A DNA stretch of 58,843 nucleotides, taken from positions 1-58,843 of IMG/VR virus record IMGVR_UViG_3300036793_000038; one strand, written 5' to 3'. Shown here piece by piece: positions 25,505 through 33,971 of the stretch; the first letter of the stretch is position 1; each line of letters starts with the position of its first letter. Below the pieces are notes generated by a model. That model made no database searches. It was not told the DNA's origin and was given only the letters and a program-made list of their open reading frames with translations. The position numbers and the translations under genes are program-made. Source of the DNA: a virus. Lineage: Duplodnaviria; Caudoviricetes.

Positions 25505-25603
25505 CTACCTGCCCTTGCTGCCGTTGCGCCGCTCGCTGCGACTCTCCTGGCCCTTGTTCTTGCCGGTGCCCGACTTCTTGGAGTCGGTCCACTTGTCCGT
25601 CAC
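25505..25603 (-). CDS. Basic micropeptide
   Basis: 32 aa from GTG, GGGAG RBS, GTGA overlap. Confidence 0.4.
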   Translation of the reverse strand: MTDKWTDSKKSGTGKNKGQESRSERRNGSKGR

Positions 25604-25713
25604 CGCTTCACTCCCTTCACGCTGTAGCGCGCCTTGGTGCCCCTGCGCCGGTTGGTGCGGGACTGCCCGTTGGCCTTGGCTTTCGCCATGTTGCGGGACT
25701 TCTGCGTGGCCAT
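25600..25713 (-). CDS. Basic micropeptide
   Basis: 37 aa MATQKSRNMAKAKANG; first gene after box promoter, AAGAGG RBS. Confidence 0.5.
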   Translation of the reverse strand: MATQKSRNMAKAKANGQSRTNRRRGTKARYSVKGVKR

Positions 25714-25743
25714 CGATCTGCCCTCTTTCCGTGTGTTCGGTGT

Positions 25744-25974
25744 CTATCTTACACCCCTGACGGGGGTGTGTCTACGCGGGGCTGGTTCTCGGTCCGCCCA
25801 CTTCACGGTGTTGTGCCAGTAGCCACAGCCGTCCGGGTAGTCGCACTCGTATGGCCGTGAGCCACCCTGGTCACGGTGCCGGTCGGCCCGCCGGATACCG
25901 CCCCTGCGGGCACCGGCCTCGTCCAGATACTTGATCTTGTCGGGCGTCCGCTCGCACCGTGTCCGGCGCTCCAC
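25744..25974 (-). CDS. Small zinc-binding protein
   Basis: C...KIKY....A...RPYEC...CGYWHNT motif. Confidence 0.6.
   Translation of the reverse strand: MERRTRCERTPDKIKYLDEAGARRGGIRRADRHRDQGGSRPYECDYPDGCGYWHNTVKWADREPAPRRHTPVRGVR
25745..25774 (-). promoter_or_regulatory. Box promoter
   Basis: TAGACA-CACCCCCGTCAGGGGTG-TAAGAT. Confidence 0.85.
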
Positions 25975-25976
25975 GG

Positions 25977-26135
25977 TCAGCCGCCTGTCGCGACGTCGTG
26001 CGCCAAGCTCATCAGCGTCGACAGCTCGCTCTCCGTGCCGTCGAACACGGACCAGTCGGACTCGGCCGACGGCCGGGCGTACACGGTCCACGTGCGACTG
26101 TCCTCATCCCAGTCGACCTCGATCAGCACGCCCAT
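25977..26135 (-). CDS. Small hypothetical protein
   Basis: 52 aa MGVLIEVDWDEDSRTW; TGATG coupling. Confidence 0.5.
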   Translation of the reverse strand: MGVLIEVDWDEDSRTWTVYARPSAESDWSVFDGTESELSTLMSLAHDVATGG

Positions 26136-26398
26136 CACGCACGCTCCGGGCGGTGCAGGGCGCCGGTCGCGATCAACGGCAGCAGCAGCATCGCCCCGAT
26201 CACCAGGAACCACAGCAGGCACGGAACAGGCACCGCGCCGCTGATCTGGTTGTGCGCTCCCACGGCATCGACCGCCGTGTGCCGGGACGCCCAGGACGTC
26301 ACCGACGTGTTGAGGACGACGATCAGGGCGGCCGACACGAGCACCAGGCACAGCAGGCACCAGGCGACGAGGTGCAGGACTTCGCGCAGGCGCCTCAC
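26135..26398 (-). CDS. Two-TM membrane protein
   Basis: 87 aa from GTG, two hydrophobic segments. Confidence 0.55.
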   Translation of the reverse strand: MRRLREVLHLVAWCLLCLVLVSAALIVVLNTSVTSWASRHTAVDAVGAHNQISGAVPVPCLLWFLVIGAMLLLPLIATGALHRPERA

Positions 26399-26616
26399 TT
26401 CTCGCTCCTGCGCATCGCGCGGTCGTGGCGCAGGATGACCGGCCCGTCGGTGCGGTACAGCTCCACCAGCGTGGCCGGGCCGTTCTCGCCGTCGACCGTG
26501 CGGATCGAGATCAGGCCACCAGCGCCCGTTGCCGGGTCGCTCCACTCCACGATGCGTTCCTCGCGGGCCTGGTAGTTGCTGGCCACACAGTCGATCTTGA
26601 CGCTCGGCCTGCTCAT
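26395..26616 (-). CDS. Hypothetical protein
   Basis: 73 aa, GAGAGG RBS. Confidence 0.6.
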   Translation of the reverse strand: MSRPSVKIDCVASNYQAREERIVEWSDPATGAGGLISIRTVDGENGPATLVELYRTDGPVILRHDRAMRRSEK

Positions 26617-26667
26617 GGTGTTCCTCTCGGTGAGGCGGCCGGACCGAGGTGGCCCGGCCGCAGTGGA

Positions 26668-26967
26668 TCAGCAGCCCGGAATGCCCGCGAACGGGTCGTC
26701 CGGGATCTTCGGGCCGTCGGTCGGCGCCTCGGTGATCTGGCCCAGCAGGGTCCGACCGGTGCCGGTCAGTTCCGTGATGCGCCAGTACAGGGCGACGTCC
26801 CGACCGGCGGCACGCTTCTCGCCCTCGGTGGCCTGCCGCTCGCTGATGAGCCGCTTGCGCAGCAGGGCGTGCTCGGTGGAAACGGCCGGCATCTTGCCGG
26901 TGCGGACCCCGTCCTGCGCGTAGTACCGCAGCGCGGTCATCTGGCTCTCCGTCAGGCTCGTCATCAT
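26668..26967 (-). CDS. Putative winged-helix protein (probably leaderless)
   Basis: LTESQMTALR...ALLRKRLI...LTGTGRTLL; ATG six nt after -10. Confidence 0.6.
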   Translation of the reverse strand: MMTSLTESQMTALRYYAQDGVRTGKMPAVSTEHALLRKRLISERQATEGEKRAAGRDVALYWRITELTGTGRTLLGQITEAPTDGPKIPDDPFAGIPGC

Positions 26968-26972
26968 GTGTG

Positions 26973-27002
26973 TAGCTTACACCCCCGTTCGGGGTGCGTC
27001 TA
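26973..27002 (-). promoter_or_regulatory. Box promoter
   Basis: TAGACG-CACCCCGAACGGGGGTG-TAAGCT-N6-ATG. Confidence 0.85.
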
Positions 27003-27288
27003 CCCGCCTGCCCAGTCGGATCGCCGCGCCTGCCCGGCCGCCCTCCGCGTAGTTGCACGGCCCGCAGGCTGGCCTGATGTTTCCTCGCGCGTATGTGCCA
27101 CCCTGCCGGCCCGGAACGATGCGATCCACCGTGATGGTCGACAGGGTCACGACGCCCTCGCAGCGTGGCGAGCAAGCCAGCGAGCAGGGCGCACTGGTGC
27201 CGTCGCCGAACGTCTCCAACAGCCAGAGGCGGCGGCGCAAACGCTCTGCGCTGCCGCCTCTCGCATTGCGGTTGGTTGTCGATCTCAT
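26977..27288 (-). CDS. HNH endonuclease
   Basis: Start ATG 27288; FGDG..APC...C...TVDRIVPG.QGGTY.RGNIRPAC.PCN. Confidence 0.85.
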   Translation of the reverse strand: MRSTTNRNARGGSAERLRRRLWLLETFGDGTSAPCSLACSPRCEGVVTLSTITVDRIVPGRQGGTYARGNIRPACGPCNYAEGGRAGAAIRLGRRVDAPRTGV

Positions 27289-27485
27289 CCCTTGCGGTCC
27301 CACCGGGACAGCTTGGTGGTGCCCTTGCCGTATCCGGCGATCCGGCTCGGGCGAGGCGGCTGCCGCTCGTACCGGACGTTGAGCGCGTCGTGCACGCCCT
27401 TCAGGGCATCCCGCACGTTCTCGGTCTGCTTGATCTCCTTCAGCCGCGCCTTGCGCTGTGCCTTGGTCTCGGGCTTGGCCATCAC
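27285..27485 (-). CDS. Small basic protein
   Basis: 66 aa, coupled overlaps. Confidence 0.5.
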   Translation of the reverse strand: MMAKPETKAQRKARLKEIKQTENVRDALKGVHDALNVRYERQPPRPSRIAGYGKGTTKLSRWDRKG

Positions 27486-27901
27486 GCCACCTGCTCAGCG
27501 GCGACGATATCGATCGGACGGTTGTCCGACGGTTTGCAGGCCCGGATCGCCAGAGCTGCACCCGTTGGCCACTCCTGCGGCGATGCGTCGATCGACCGCA
27601 GGCTGTAGTCCTCGTTCATCCGCACTGACCGGCCCGGCGTGCCGTCCGCCTTGATCTTCAGGCCGGACAGATTGGCCTTGGAGAATTGCCAACCCATCCC
27701 CACCGACCAGGCGTACTTCGCGACCAGGTCGGTCGGCAGAAACAGGTTGCGCGCGTCGCCGAACCGGTAGTGCACCAATGGCCCCTTCTCGATCTTGAAG
27801 CTGACGTACAGACTCTGACTGGTGATGGCCGACCACGTTCGGTCGGCCCCCTCGACCAGAAACGCCTCACTCTCGATGCGGCGCATGGTCACCTCGTACA
27901 T
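27482..27901 (-). CDS. Hypothetical protein
   Basis: 139 aa, GAGAGG RBS. Confidence 0.6.
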   Translation of the reverse strand: MYEVTMRRIESEAFLVEGADRTWSAITSQSLYVSFKIEKGPLVHYRFGDARNLFLPTDLVAKYAWSVGMGWQFSKANLSGLKIKADGTPGRSVRMNEDYSLRSIDASPQEWPTGAALAIRACKPSDNRPIDIVAAEQVA

Positions 27902-28095
27902 CAGTGCTTGCCCCTCTCGGTTGGGTTGTCATGGCGGATCGCGTACCGAACGCCGATAACGATGCGGCGGACGGCGAGCACGAGGACAGCGGCGGCCAGG
28001 ACCAGCGCGACGATCTCCGCGACGTACATCAGCACGCCGACGAAGATCACCGCGCAGAAGCTGACGAACAGCAGGTAGACGCAACCGTGCCTCAT
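27901..28095 (-). CDS. Small membrane protein
   Basis: 64 aa, long hydrophobic stretch. Confidence 0.55.
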   Translation of the reverse strand: MRHGCVYLLFVSFCAVIFVGVLMYVAEIVALVLAAAVLVLAVRRIVIGVRYAIRHDNPTERGKH

Positions 28096-28316
28096 CGGCG
28101 CACCACCGGGACCTCAACCTGCTCCACCGTGACCTCGACCAGCGAGCAGCGGAACCGGCGCGGCCGGACGCTGACGTGCAGGGCCAGGGCGCCGTTGATG
28201 CCCTCCACGATGGTGTCGATGGTCATTTCGGCCTGTCGCTTGGTGGCCTCGGCGGCGGCCCGCAGGCCCCTGATCGCCAGGGCGACGTCCTCGTCGGTCA
28301 GGATCTTCGCGCTCAT
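28092..28316 (-). CDS. Hypothetical protein
   Basis: 74 aa, GGAGAG RBS after box promoter. Confidence 0.55.
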   Translation of the reverse strand: MSAKILTDEDVALAIRGLRAAAEATKRQAEMTIDTIVEGINGALALHVSVRPRRFRCSLVEVTVEQVEVPVVRR

Positions 28317-28349
28317 GTCGCTCTCCGCTCTCTCGTTGCTGACAAAGAG

Positions 28350-28379
28350 AACCCTACACCCCTGTTCGGGGTGTGTCTA
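28350..28379 (-). promoter_or_regulatory. Box promoter
   Basis: TAGACA-CACCCCGAACAGGGGTG-TAGGGT. Confidence 0.85.
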
Positions 28380-28808
28380 CTCGGACTTTGCCCGCAGCAG
28401 AGAGCTGGCGTTCGGCGTCCGCGTCACGAACATCACGTGCACATCGTGCTGCCGCAGCCAGACCTCGGTGAACGACATCTGCTGGCAATACCGCTCCAGC
28501 GGTGCCCAGTCGTTGCCGACCACGATCACGCTCGGTGCCGCCCGGACGATCGCCTCCTTGCTGTCCTCGTCGCCGTAGTTGACGATCACGTGATCCACGT
28601 AGCGGATAGCCGAGACGACCTCGAACCGCTCCTCCAGTGACTGGACCGGCCGCCTGCCCTTGTACCGCTCGATGAACTCGTCCCGGTTGAGCGCCACCCA
28701 CACCCGGCCCGCCGGACCGGCAACCTGTCGCGCCACCCGCAGCAACGTGATGTGGCCCGGATGCAGCAGGTCGAACGTCGCCCCGACGTACACGCGCTGG
28801 CCCGTCAT
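28377..28808 (-). CDS. Cytidylyltransferase-like nucleotidyltransferase (TagD/RfaE-II family)
   Basis: GATFDLLHPGH (HxGH), YKGRRPV.SLEER, RYVD.VI, VVGNDW, RTP..SS. Confidence 0.9.
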   Translation of the reverse strand: MTGQRVYVGATFDLLHPGHITLLRVARQVAGPAGRVWVALNRDEFIERYKGRRPVQSLEERFEVVSAIRYVDHVIVNYGDEDSKEAIVRAAPSVIVVGNDWAPLERYCQQMSFTEVWLRQHDVHVMFVTRTPNASSLLRAKSE

Positions 28809-29599
28809 CGCCACCCCTTCAGCAGGTCAATGTCCGTCTCGATCCGGGACAGTTCCCGATACGCCGGGCCGCCGTCGATCAGCTCGCGCCGGTACGGCTG
28901 CTGGCAGTACTCCACCCAGGTCTGCTGGTCCACGCCCGGCCGCTGTGCCCGGTACGTGTCGTCGTCCTCGGCTTTGCCCACCAGCGGGTGCAGGTGCTCC
29001 AGGATGACGTCCGGCCGGTAGGTGAGCCGGTCAACGCCCTGGCCCCACGCCTTCCACGTGTTGTCCACGTACAGGTGTCCGAGTACGGGGGGCGCGATGT
29101 AGCGCAGCGCGCCGTAGACCGAGGTCGACATCATCACGGCCGTGGGCAGGCCCTCGCCGTGCACCCGGTCGTCGCCGTAGGCGAACGAGGGTGCGCCGAC
29201 GAGGCGACCGAACAGGGTGGTATCCCAGTCCTGCGTCCTCGGCCGGTGGTCGTCCCCCAGCACCGTGTACGCCAGTGCGTCCTCGGCCGACCCGGCGATC
29301 AGGTTGAGCGGGTGCACGAACCCCTTGTGGCCGCCGTACGGGGTACGGAACAGGCGCATCGTCCACGGCACCCGGTCAGTCGTGCGGTGCGCCAGCTTGA
29401 CGTAGTCGTCCAGCCTCGGGTCGTCCAGGCACACCGCGAAGATCAGACCAGTGCGCTCGATCGGATCCAGCCGTGCCGTCGTGTCGTTGAGGCAGTCGAT
29501 CAGCTCGGCCGCCTTCTCGGGTCGGCCCCGCGTCGGCGTGAGCACCACGTTCATCCGGTTGCGTGTGCTGAACACGCCGTTGGGCTGTGCCTCGTACAT
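28805..29599 (-). CDS. Glycosyltransferase (GT-A/GT2-like)
   Basis: Start ATG 29599; PTRGRP, GDDH.P.T..WD, HLYVDN, ILEHLHP..GKA..D..Y. Confidence 0.8.
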   Translation of the reverse strand: MYEAQPNGVFSTRNRMNVVLTPTRGRPEKAAELIDCLNDTTARLDPIERTGLIFAVCLDDPRLDDYVKLAHRTTDRVPWTMRLFRTPYGGHKGFVHPLNLIAGSAEDALAYTVLGDDHRPRTQDWDTTLFGRLVGAPSFAYGDDRVHGEGLPTAVMMSTSVYGALRYIAPPVLGHLYVDNTWKAWGQGVDRLTYRPDVILEHLHPLVGKAEDDDTYRAQRPGVDQQTWVEYCQQPYRRELIDGGPAYRELSRIETDIDLLKGWR

Positions 29600-30024
29600 C
29601 AGCAGGTCACCACGACGTCGGCGCCCCGCGACGTGTGCGTGGAGATCACCTTGCCGTCGTCCTTCACCTGGCAGGTGATCGAGCCGGTGCCCTTCGCCTG
29701 CGCGATGACAGACGGCGACCAGGACTGCATCGGGATCGAGTGGCTGGCCCACGGCAGCGTGACGTCCTGCTGCTCCTGGTTGCCCGACGAGTCAGCCGTG
29801 TAGTCCACGCTCGCCCCCGGCACCGAACCGGTCACGTCGTACACGATCGAGTGCGTCTCGGACAGGTCGGACACCGCCTTGGCGCCCGCCGCGCAGGTGG
29901 CGGCGGCGATGGCGATCACGACGGCGGTCAGGCCCAGCAGGATCCAACGCAGCACGTGCCGCTTGCGCTTGGGTGGTGGCGCGGCGGGGGGAGTGTAGAA
30001 GTTCCAATAGTCGTTGGCGGTCAT
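29599..30024 (-). CDS. MmpS-like membrane protein
   Basis: Start ATG 30024; TM then IVYDVTG, VTLPW, ITCQV..DG....VVTC. Confidence 0.7.
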   Translation of the reverse strand: MTANDYWNFYTPPAAPPPKRKRHVLRWILLGLTAVVIAIAAATCAAGAKAVSDLSETHSIVYDVTGSVPGASVDYTADSSGNQEQQDVTLPWASHSIPMQSWSPSVIAQAKGTGSITCQVKDDGKVISTHTSRGADVVVTC

Positions 30025-30109
30025 GGCCTCTCTCGTTTCTGGTCGGTGGGTACTCGCTATATACAAAGGGGGTACCGGGGCGGCCGACACGCGACCGCCC
30101 CGGCGTTGA

Positions 30110-30946
30110 TCAGTTGCTGCTGGACTCGGTGAACGTGGTGTCGAACGGGATCGTCAAGCCGGGCACGCACAGCGCGTACAGGGTGACGAACTTGGGCGCC
30201 GCGCCCGTCTCGGTACCGAACTGGAAGATCCAGCCGTCCGAGCGGCCCTCGATCGGCGTGTTGGTCGCCCAGTCCATCCGACCGGGGAACGAGCTGCTGA
30301 CCGGGACGTTGTTGGTCAGGCCGTTGGTGCCGGCCGCGAGGGTCCGCACGCCACCGGAGATCGCGGTGTCGGTCGGCAGCTTGCAGGCCACCGTGGCGAC
30401 AGCGCCACCGTTGGTGTCACCGACGTCGTACTTGGCGACCGAGTAGTACGAGCCTGCGAGCGGCGCAGCGGGCGGGTCGGTCGGCAGGGTGTAGCTCGTG
30501 ACCTCCAGCAGGAAACTGCCGGCACCGGTCAGCAGGTGCACCGACACGGCGCCGTTGCGCAGGGCCGTGGTGTAGCTGTTCGACGGACCCGAGCGGGCCG
30601 GGGTCGTCGGGCCGGTCGTGACGGTCGCGTCACCGGGGCTGCCCTTGACGCCATCCCAGATCACCAGGGACTCGCCACCAGCGGCCTGGTAGGCCACCAG
30701 CCGGCCTGCGATACCCGTGGCGTTCGCAGGGATGCCGTCCACGCCCGCCACCTTGATGACGGCGGTCGGGTTGGTCTCGGACAGCGAGTGGCCCGGCGTG
30801 TTGACCAGCCGGGTCACCGGGATCTGGACCGTGTTGCTGGCCGCCGACTCGCCGGTCACGGCGGCCGACGAGGTCGCGGTCAGGCCGATCAGGGCCAGGA
30901 TCGCGGCGATGGCGACCGCGACGGCCGCCTTCAGGTAACGCTTCAT
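30110..30946 (-). CDS. Secreted/surface protein
   Basis: Signal peptide MKRYLKAAVAVAIAAILALIGL; P.TRLVNT...VAGVDGIPANAT actinobacterial surface domain; C-terminal ATVAC...AISGG. Confidence 0.65.
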   Translation of the reverse strand: MKRYLKAAVAVAIAAILALIGLTATSSAAVTGESAASNTVQIPVTRLVNTPGHSLSETNPTAVIKVAGVDGIPANATGIAGRLVAYQAAGGESLVIWDGVKGSPGDATVTTGPTTPARSGPSNSYTTALRNGAVSVHLLTGAGSFLLEVTSYTLPTDPPAAPLAGSYYSVAKYDVGDTNGGAVATVACKLPTDTAISGGVRTLAAGTNGLTNNVPVSSSFPGRMDWATNTPIEGRSDGWIFQFGTETGAAPKFVTLYALCVPGLTIPFDTTFTESSSN

Positions 30947-30987
30947 GTCTGTCGTCTCTCTCGGTCAGTGGTGCGATGGGTGTGGAT

Positions 30988-31593
30988 CTACCAGGCTTCA
31001 GGGAGCCCGGAAGTGTTGGCGGCGTGGTGGCGCCACAGCCAGGTCCGCATCGGCACGTGCACGATCTTCGCGCCCGCCTCGACACAGTCCAGGGTGAAGG
31101 CCCAGTCCTCGCCGCTGTTGAGCCGCTTGCCGTCCGATCCGGCCGGCACGTCGGTCGTGGCGTCATGGAACGGGTAGAGCTTGGCCAGCTCGGTGCGCAC
31201 CAGGATCGTGATCGTGGTCTGCGTCGGGTTGACCGGGTCGAACACGCGCCCGAAGTGGCCCAGCGGGTCATTCTCCGGGTGCAGGCCACCCCGGTCGTCC
31301 ATCACCGTGTAGTAGCTGAACACGTAGTCGGCGCCGGTCAGGTGCTGTGCGGCGGCCAGCGCCTCCAGGTGCCACGGCAGCATCATGTCGTCGTCGTCCA
31401 GGAACGCCGTCCAGTCCGACTCGACCTGCTCGACACCCTTCGCTCGGGTGGCCGCCGCGCCGTCGTGGTACTGGTCGCGGGATACCAGCAGGTTGACCGG
31501 CAACAGGCGTTGCCGCTGCACCGACGTGATGGCCTGCTCCAGCAGCTTGGATCGGGGCGCGATCGTCGGGATGACCACGGTGATGTCCAGCAT
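30988..31593 (-). CDS. Glycosyltransferase family 2
   Basis: Start ATG 31593; ITVVIPT, GAAATR, WTAFLDDDD, GEDW motifs. Confidence 0.9.
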   Translation of the reverse strand: MLDITVVIPTIAPRSKLLEQAITSVQRQRLLPVNLLVSRDQYHDGAAATRAKGVEQVESDWTAFLDDDDMMLPWHLEALAAAQHLTGADYVFSYYTVMDDRGGLHPENDPLGHFGRVFDPVNPTQTTITILVRTELAKLYPFHDATTDVPAGSDGKRLNSGEDWAFTLDCVEAGAKIVHVPMRTWLWRHHAANTSGLPEAW

Positions 31594-31766
31594 CAGTGCC
31601 TCCTGGACGGCTCGCCCGGATACGCCGGACCAGCCTTGACGTCGGCCCGGTGGATGCGCTCGTCGCACGCCCTCCGGCTGGTGCACACGTAGACGCCGTC
31701 CAGTGTGTGCCGGAACAGCCGCGTGCCGACCCGGCCGCAGCGCTTGCATACGCGGTGCGCCTTCAC
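31593..31766 (-). CDS. Small zinc-finger protein
   Basis: CKRCGR...VCTSRRAC from GTG. Confidence 0.55.
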   Translation of the reverse strand: MKAHRVCKRCGRVGTRLFRHTLDGVYVCTSRRACDERIHRADVKAGPAYPGEPSRRH

Positions 31767-31787
31767 GTTCCCTCGCTCTCTCGGTAG

Positions 31788-31825
31788 ACGGCCCGGCCGG
31801 GGGTTTGTCCGCCCGGCCGGGCCGT
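31788..31825 (-). terminator. Intergenic hairpin
   Basis: ACGGCCCGGCCGG...CCGGCCGGGCCGT. Confidence 0.6.
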
Positions 31826-31831
31826 AGCTCG

Positions 31832-32131
31832 TCAGGCCCAGGACACCTCGGCCGCGTCGATCTTCACGCCCCGCTCCGCGAGGTCCCGCAGCTGACACAG
31901 TCGCTCCACGGTGTAGACGGACTGCGTCATGCTGCACCGGATCGCGTTGCGCACGCGGCCCAGGAACTCGTCGGGGGTCGCCCCGCCGCACAGCTCCGGG
32001 TCGCTGTCCTCGGGCTCCACCATGCCCAGCAGCCGCAGCAGGTGCCCCGCGTTGGCGTTGGCGACGTTCATCTCCAGGTCCTCGGCCAGGAACTCGTCGG
32101 ACTGGCTAAGTAGTACGAAGGTGACGCTCAT
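31832..32131 (-). CDS. Hypothetical protein
   Basis: 99 aa, GGGAGGG RBS after box promoter; N.ANANA..LL..LG motif. Confidence 0.65.
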   Translation of the reverse strand: MSVTFVLLSQSDEFLAEDLEMNVANANAGHLLRLLGMVEPEDSDPELCGGATPDEFLGRVRNAIRCSMTQSVYTVERLCQLRDLAERGVKIDAAEVSWA

Positions 32132-32164
32132 GGTGGCCCTCCCGGTCGGTGTGGATGTAGGGAC

Positions 32165-32194
32165 GACCTTACACCCCGTCGGGGGGCGTGTCTA
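32165..32194 (-). promoter_or_regulatory. Box promoter
   Basis: TAGACA-CGCCCCCCGACGGGGTG-TAAGGT. Confidence 0.8.
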
Positions 32195-32537
32195 GCGCGA
32201 TGTTCATGCCGAGGCGTTGCCGCAGGTCTGCCGCATTCTTGCTCAGGCCATTCAGCACCTCGGCACGGATCGCCCGGTCCAGGTCCTGCGCCGACTCCAG
32301 CTGCCGTACGAACTGGTCCGCCATGCCCACCACGAACCGGTCCCGGAGGGCGAACGGCTCGCCCCAGGACTCGAACATCGCGTCCGCCGTCAGCACGGTC
32401 CGCACGAACAGCTCAATCTGGTGCCGGGTTGCCGCGTCCTGGTGAAACAGCCGCTGCCCCAGGGGTTCGCTCAGGATCGCCTTCAGTAGCACGTTCCGCA
32501 CGATCTCGGTGCGCAGCGGGTCACTCGTCGTCATCAT
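32169..32537 (-). CDS. Hypothetical protein
   Basis: 122-aa helical ORF. Confidence 0.55.
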   Translation of the reverse strand: MMTTSDPLRTEIVRNVLLKAILSEPLGQRLFHQDAATRHQIELFVRTVLTADAMFESWGEPFALRDRFVVGMADQFVRQLESAQDLDRAIRAEVLNGLSKNAADLRQRLGMNIALDTPPDGV

Positions 32538-33090
32538 GCGCCCGCTGAGGGTTGCTGTACTGGCGGGCCGCCTTCAGGTAGCCCTCGGGCCAGCTCGCCT
32601 GCCGGATCAACTGGACGAACGCCAGGGCGACCTCGAACCGATCGTGCGCCAGGTCGTTGCTAGCGCTGCCGTCGGCGGACGTCTCGGCGCCGTTGACGTA
32701 CCCGAGGGCGTCCAGCAGCAGGTCGTTGAGCAGTGCGCTCCGCTGCGTCGCCGTCATGTCCTCGACCGGCGGTACGTCGCCCGGCACCTCAACCAGCTTG
32801 ATCAGCTCCTGGGGTTCCGGCTCGGCCATCAGGCGTGCCGCCATCCGGTCCTCCACCCTGCGGACAGCCACGGTGATGACATGCGCGGCCGACAGCAGGC
32901 CGAACGCCTGTGCGACTCCGGTGGCGCGGCCGACGGCATCCATCTCGGTCCGGTTGAGCGCGGCGTCCCGTATGACGTTCGCCGCCTCGGCCCGCAACCT
33001 GTTCAGCTCGTCGTACAGCGGTTGCAGCAGCAGCGAGCGCTCGTCGGCGATCGCCTTCAGTAGCTGCTGTGCGTCCGGGCTCAGTTCCAT
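32521..33090 (-). CDS. Hypothetical protein
   Basis: 189 aa, AGGAGG RBS. Confidence 0.65.
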   Translation of the reverse strand: MELSPDAQQLLKAIADERSLLLQPLYDELNRLRAEAANVIRDAALNRTEMDAVGRATGVAQAFGLLSAAHVITVAVRRVEDRMAARLMAEPEPQELIKLVEVPGDVPPVEDMTATQRSALLNDLLLDALGYVNGAETSADGSASNDLAHDRFEVALAFVQLIRQASWPEGYLKAARQYSNPQRAHDDDE

Positions 33091-33108
33091 CCGTCCTCCT
33101 GACGGTCG

Positions 33109-33139
33109 GACGCCCGGCCGGGGGTTCCGGCCGGGCGTC
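33109..33139 (-). terminator. Intergenic 13-bp hairpin
   Basis: GACGCCCGGCCGG-N5-CCGGCCGGGCGTC. Confidence 0.6.
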
Positions 33140-33142
33140 GGG

Positions 33143-33277
33143 TCACTTCTTGCGGTTGGGGTTCTTTTTGCAGCGGTCCATGTGCTGTGCGACCAGCCTG
33201 CCCAGGCCGCCGTTCGTGTCGGCGCTCAGCTTGGTTCCGCAGCCGTACGGGCACATCTGCCAGAGTTGCTTCGCCAT
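33143..33277 (-). CDS. Small C2HC zinc-finger protein
   Basis: 44 aa CPYGCG...HMDRCKKNP. Confidence 0.55.
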   Translation of the reverse strand: MAKQLWQMCPYGCGTKLSADTNGGLGRLVAQHMDRCKKNPNRKK

Positions 33278-33603
33278 CAGGCCATCGCCTCGGTCCGGAC
33301 GCGCAGGGCCACGGCCCACTCCTCGGTGAGCTGCTCGAACTTCGCCTCGACATCGCCGTAGCTGAAACCGTCGCCGACGTTCAGGCCCAGTTCGGCGCAG
33401 CGCTCCTCGTCCCAGCCCAGCTCCTGAGCGTGCAGGTAGAACGCGCTCATGCTGTGGTGTCCCGGACCCGTGTAGAGCTGACCCAGGATGCAACGGTCGC
33501 CGTCGCCGACGTTCAGCGCGGCCAGGTCGATCTTGGTGTGGAAGTCGTCGCCGAGCCGGTCCTCCAGCTCGATCATTCCGGCGGCTATCTGCTCCTCGTA
33601 CAT
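33277..33603 (-). CDS. Hypothetical protein
   Basis: 108 aa, IDL..L......CILGQLY, LTEEW motifs. Confidence 0.65.
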   Translation of the reverse strand: MYEEQIAAGMIELEDRLGDDFHTKIDLAALNVGDGDRCILGQLYTGPGHHSMSAFYLHAQELGWDEERCAELGLNVGDGFSYGDVEAKFEQLTEEWAVALRVRTEAMA

Positions 33604-33629
33604 CGTGTCGCCTCTCTCTCGGTAGAGAC

Positions 33630-33659
33630 CATCTTACGCCCCCGTCCGGGGTGCGTCTA
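33630..33659 (-). promoter_or_regulatory. Box promoter
   Basis: TAGACG-CACCCCGGACGGGGGCG-TAAGAT. Confidence 0.8.
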
Positions 33660-33749
33660 GTGGGTGGCCGGGATTCGAACCCGGAACCTCGGTTCATACC
33701 GGTCGCTGCCGGTGGCGCCTGCCGCGCTCTGCCTTTGAGCTACCACCCT
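33658..33749 (-). ncRNA. tRNA-like RNA with non-canonical anticodon arm
   Basis: Acceptor GGGTGG/CCACCC, D arm TA-GCTC-AAAGGCA-GAGC, T arm CCGGG-TTCGAAT-CCCGG; anticodon region about 35 nt instead of 17; 3' ACTA rather than ACCA. Confidence 0.75.
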
Positions 33750-33787
33750 CGGGCGGCCGGACCGTGTGGCCCGGCCGCCGGTACCGC

Positions 33788-33970
33788 CTACCTCTTGGCC
33801 AGCAGCCAACCGGCCGTGATCGCCATCGAGTCCAGGGCGTCGGCCCGCTCAAAGTCGGCCACCGTCTGCGAGTACGAGGTGATCGCGTTGACCACGCCCG
33901 CCGCCGACATCTGCCGCCCCTGAAGGAAGTGCGCGAAGATGCCCTCGCGCTCGGTGTCGGTGAACTGCAT
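33788..33970 (-). CDS. C-terminal fragment of DUF932-family protein
   Basis: FT..ER.GI..HF..G.QMSA.GV.NAITS..Q resembles the C-terminus of actinobacterial DUF932 proteins. Confidence 0.55.
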   Translation of the reverse strand: MQFTDTEREGIFAHFLQGRQMSAAGVVNAITSYSQTVADFERADALDSMAITAGWLLAKR

Positions 33971-33971
33971 C

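Noticed and set aside
33658-33749. Functional decoding tRNA or attP site
   Set aside because: No 5-bp stem with 7-nt anticodon loop, no encoded CCA, and no integrase in the genome.
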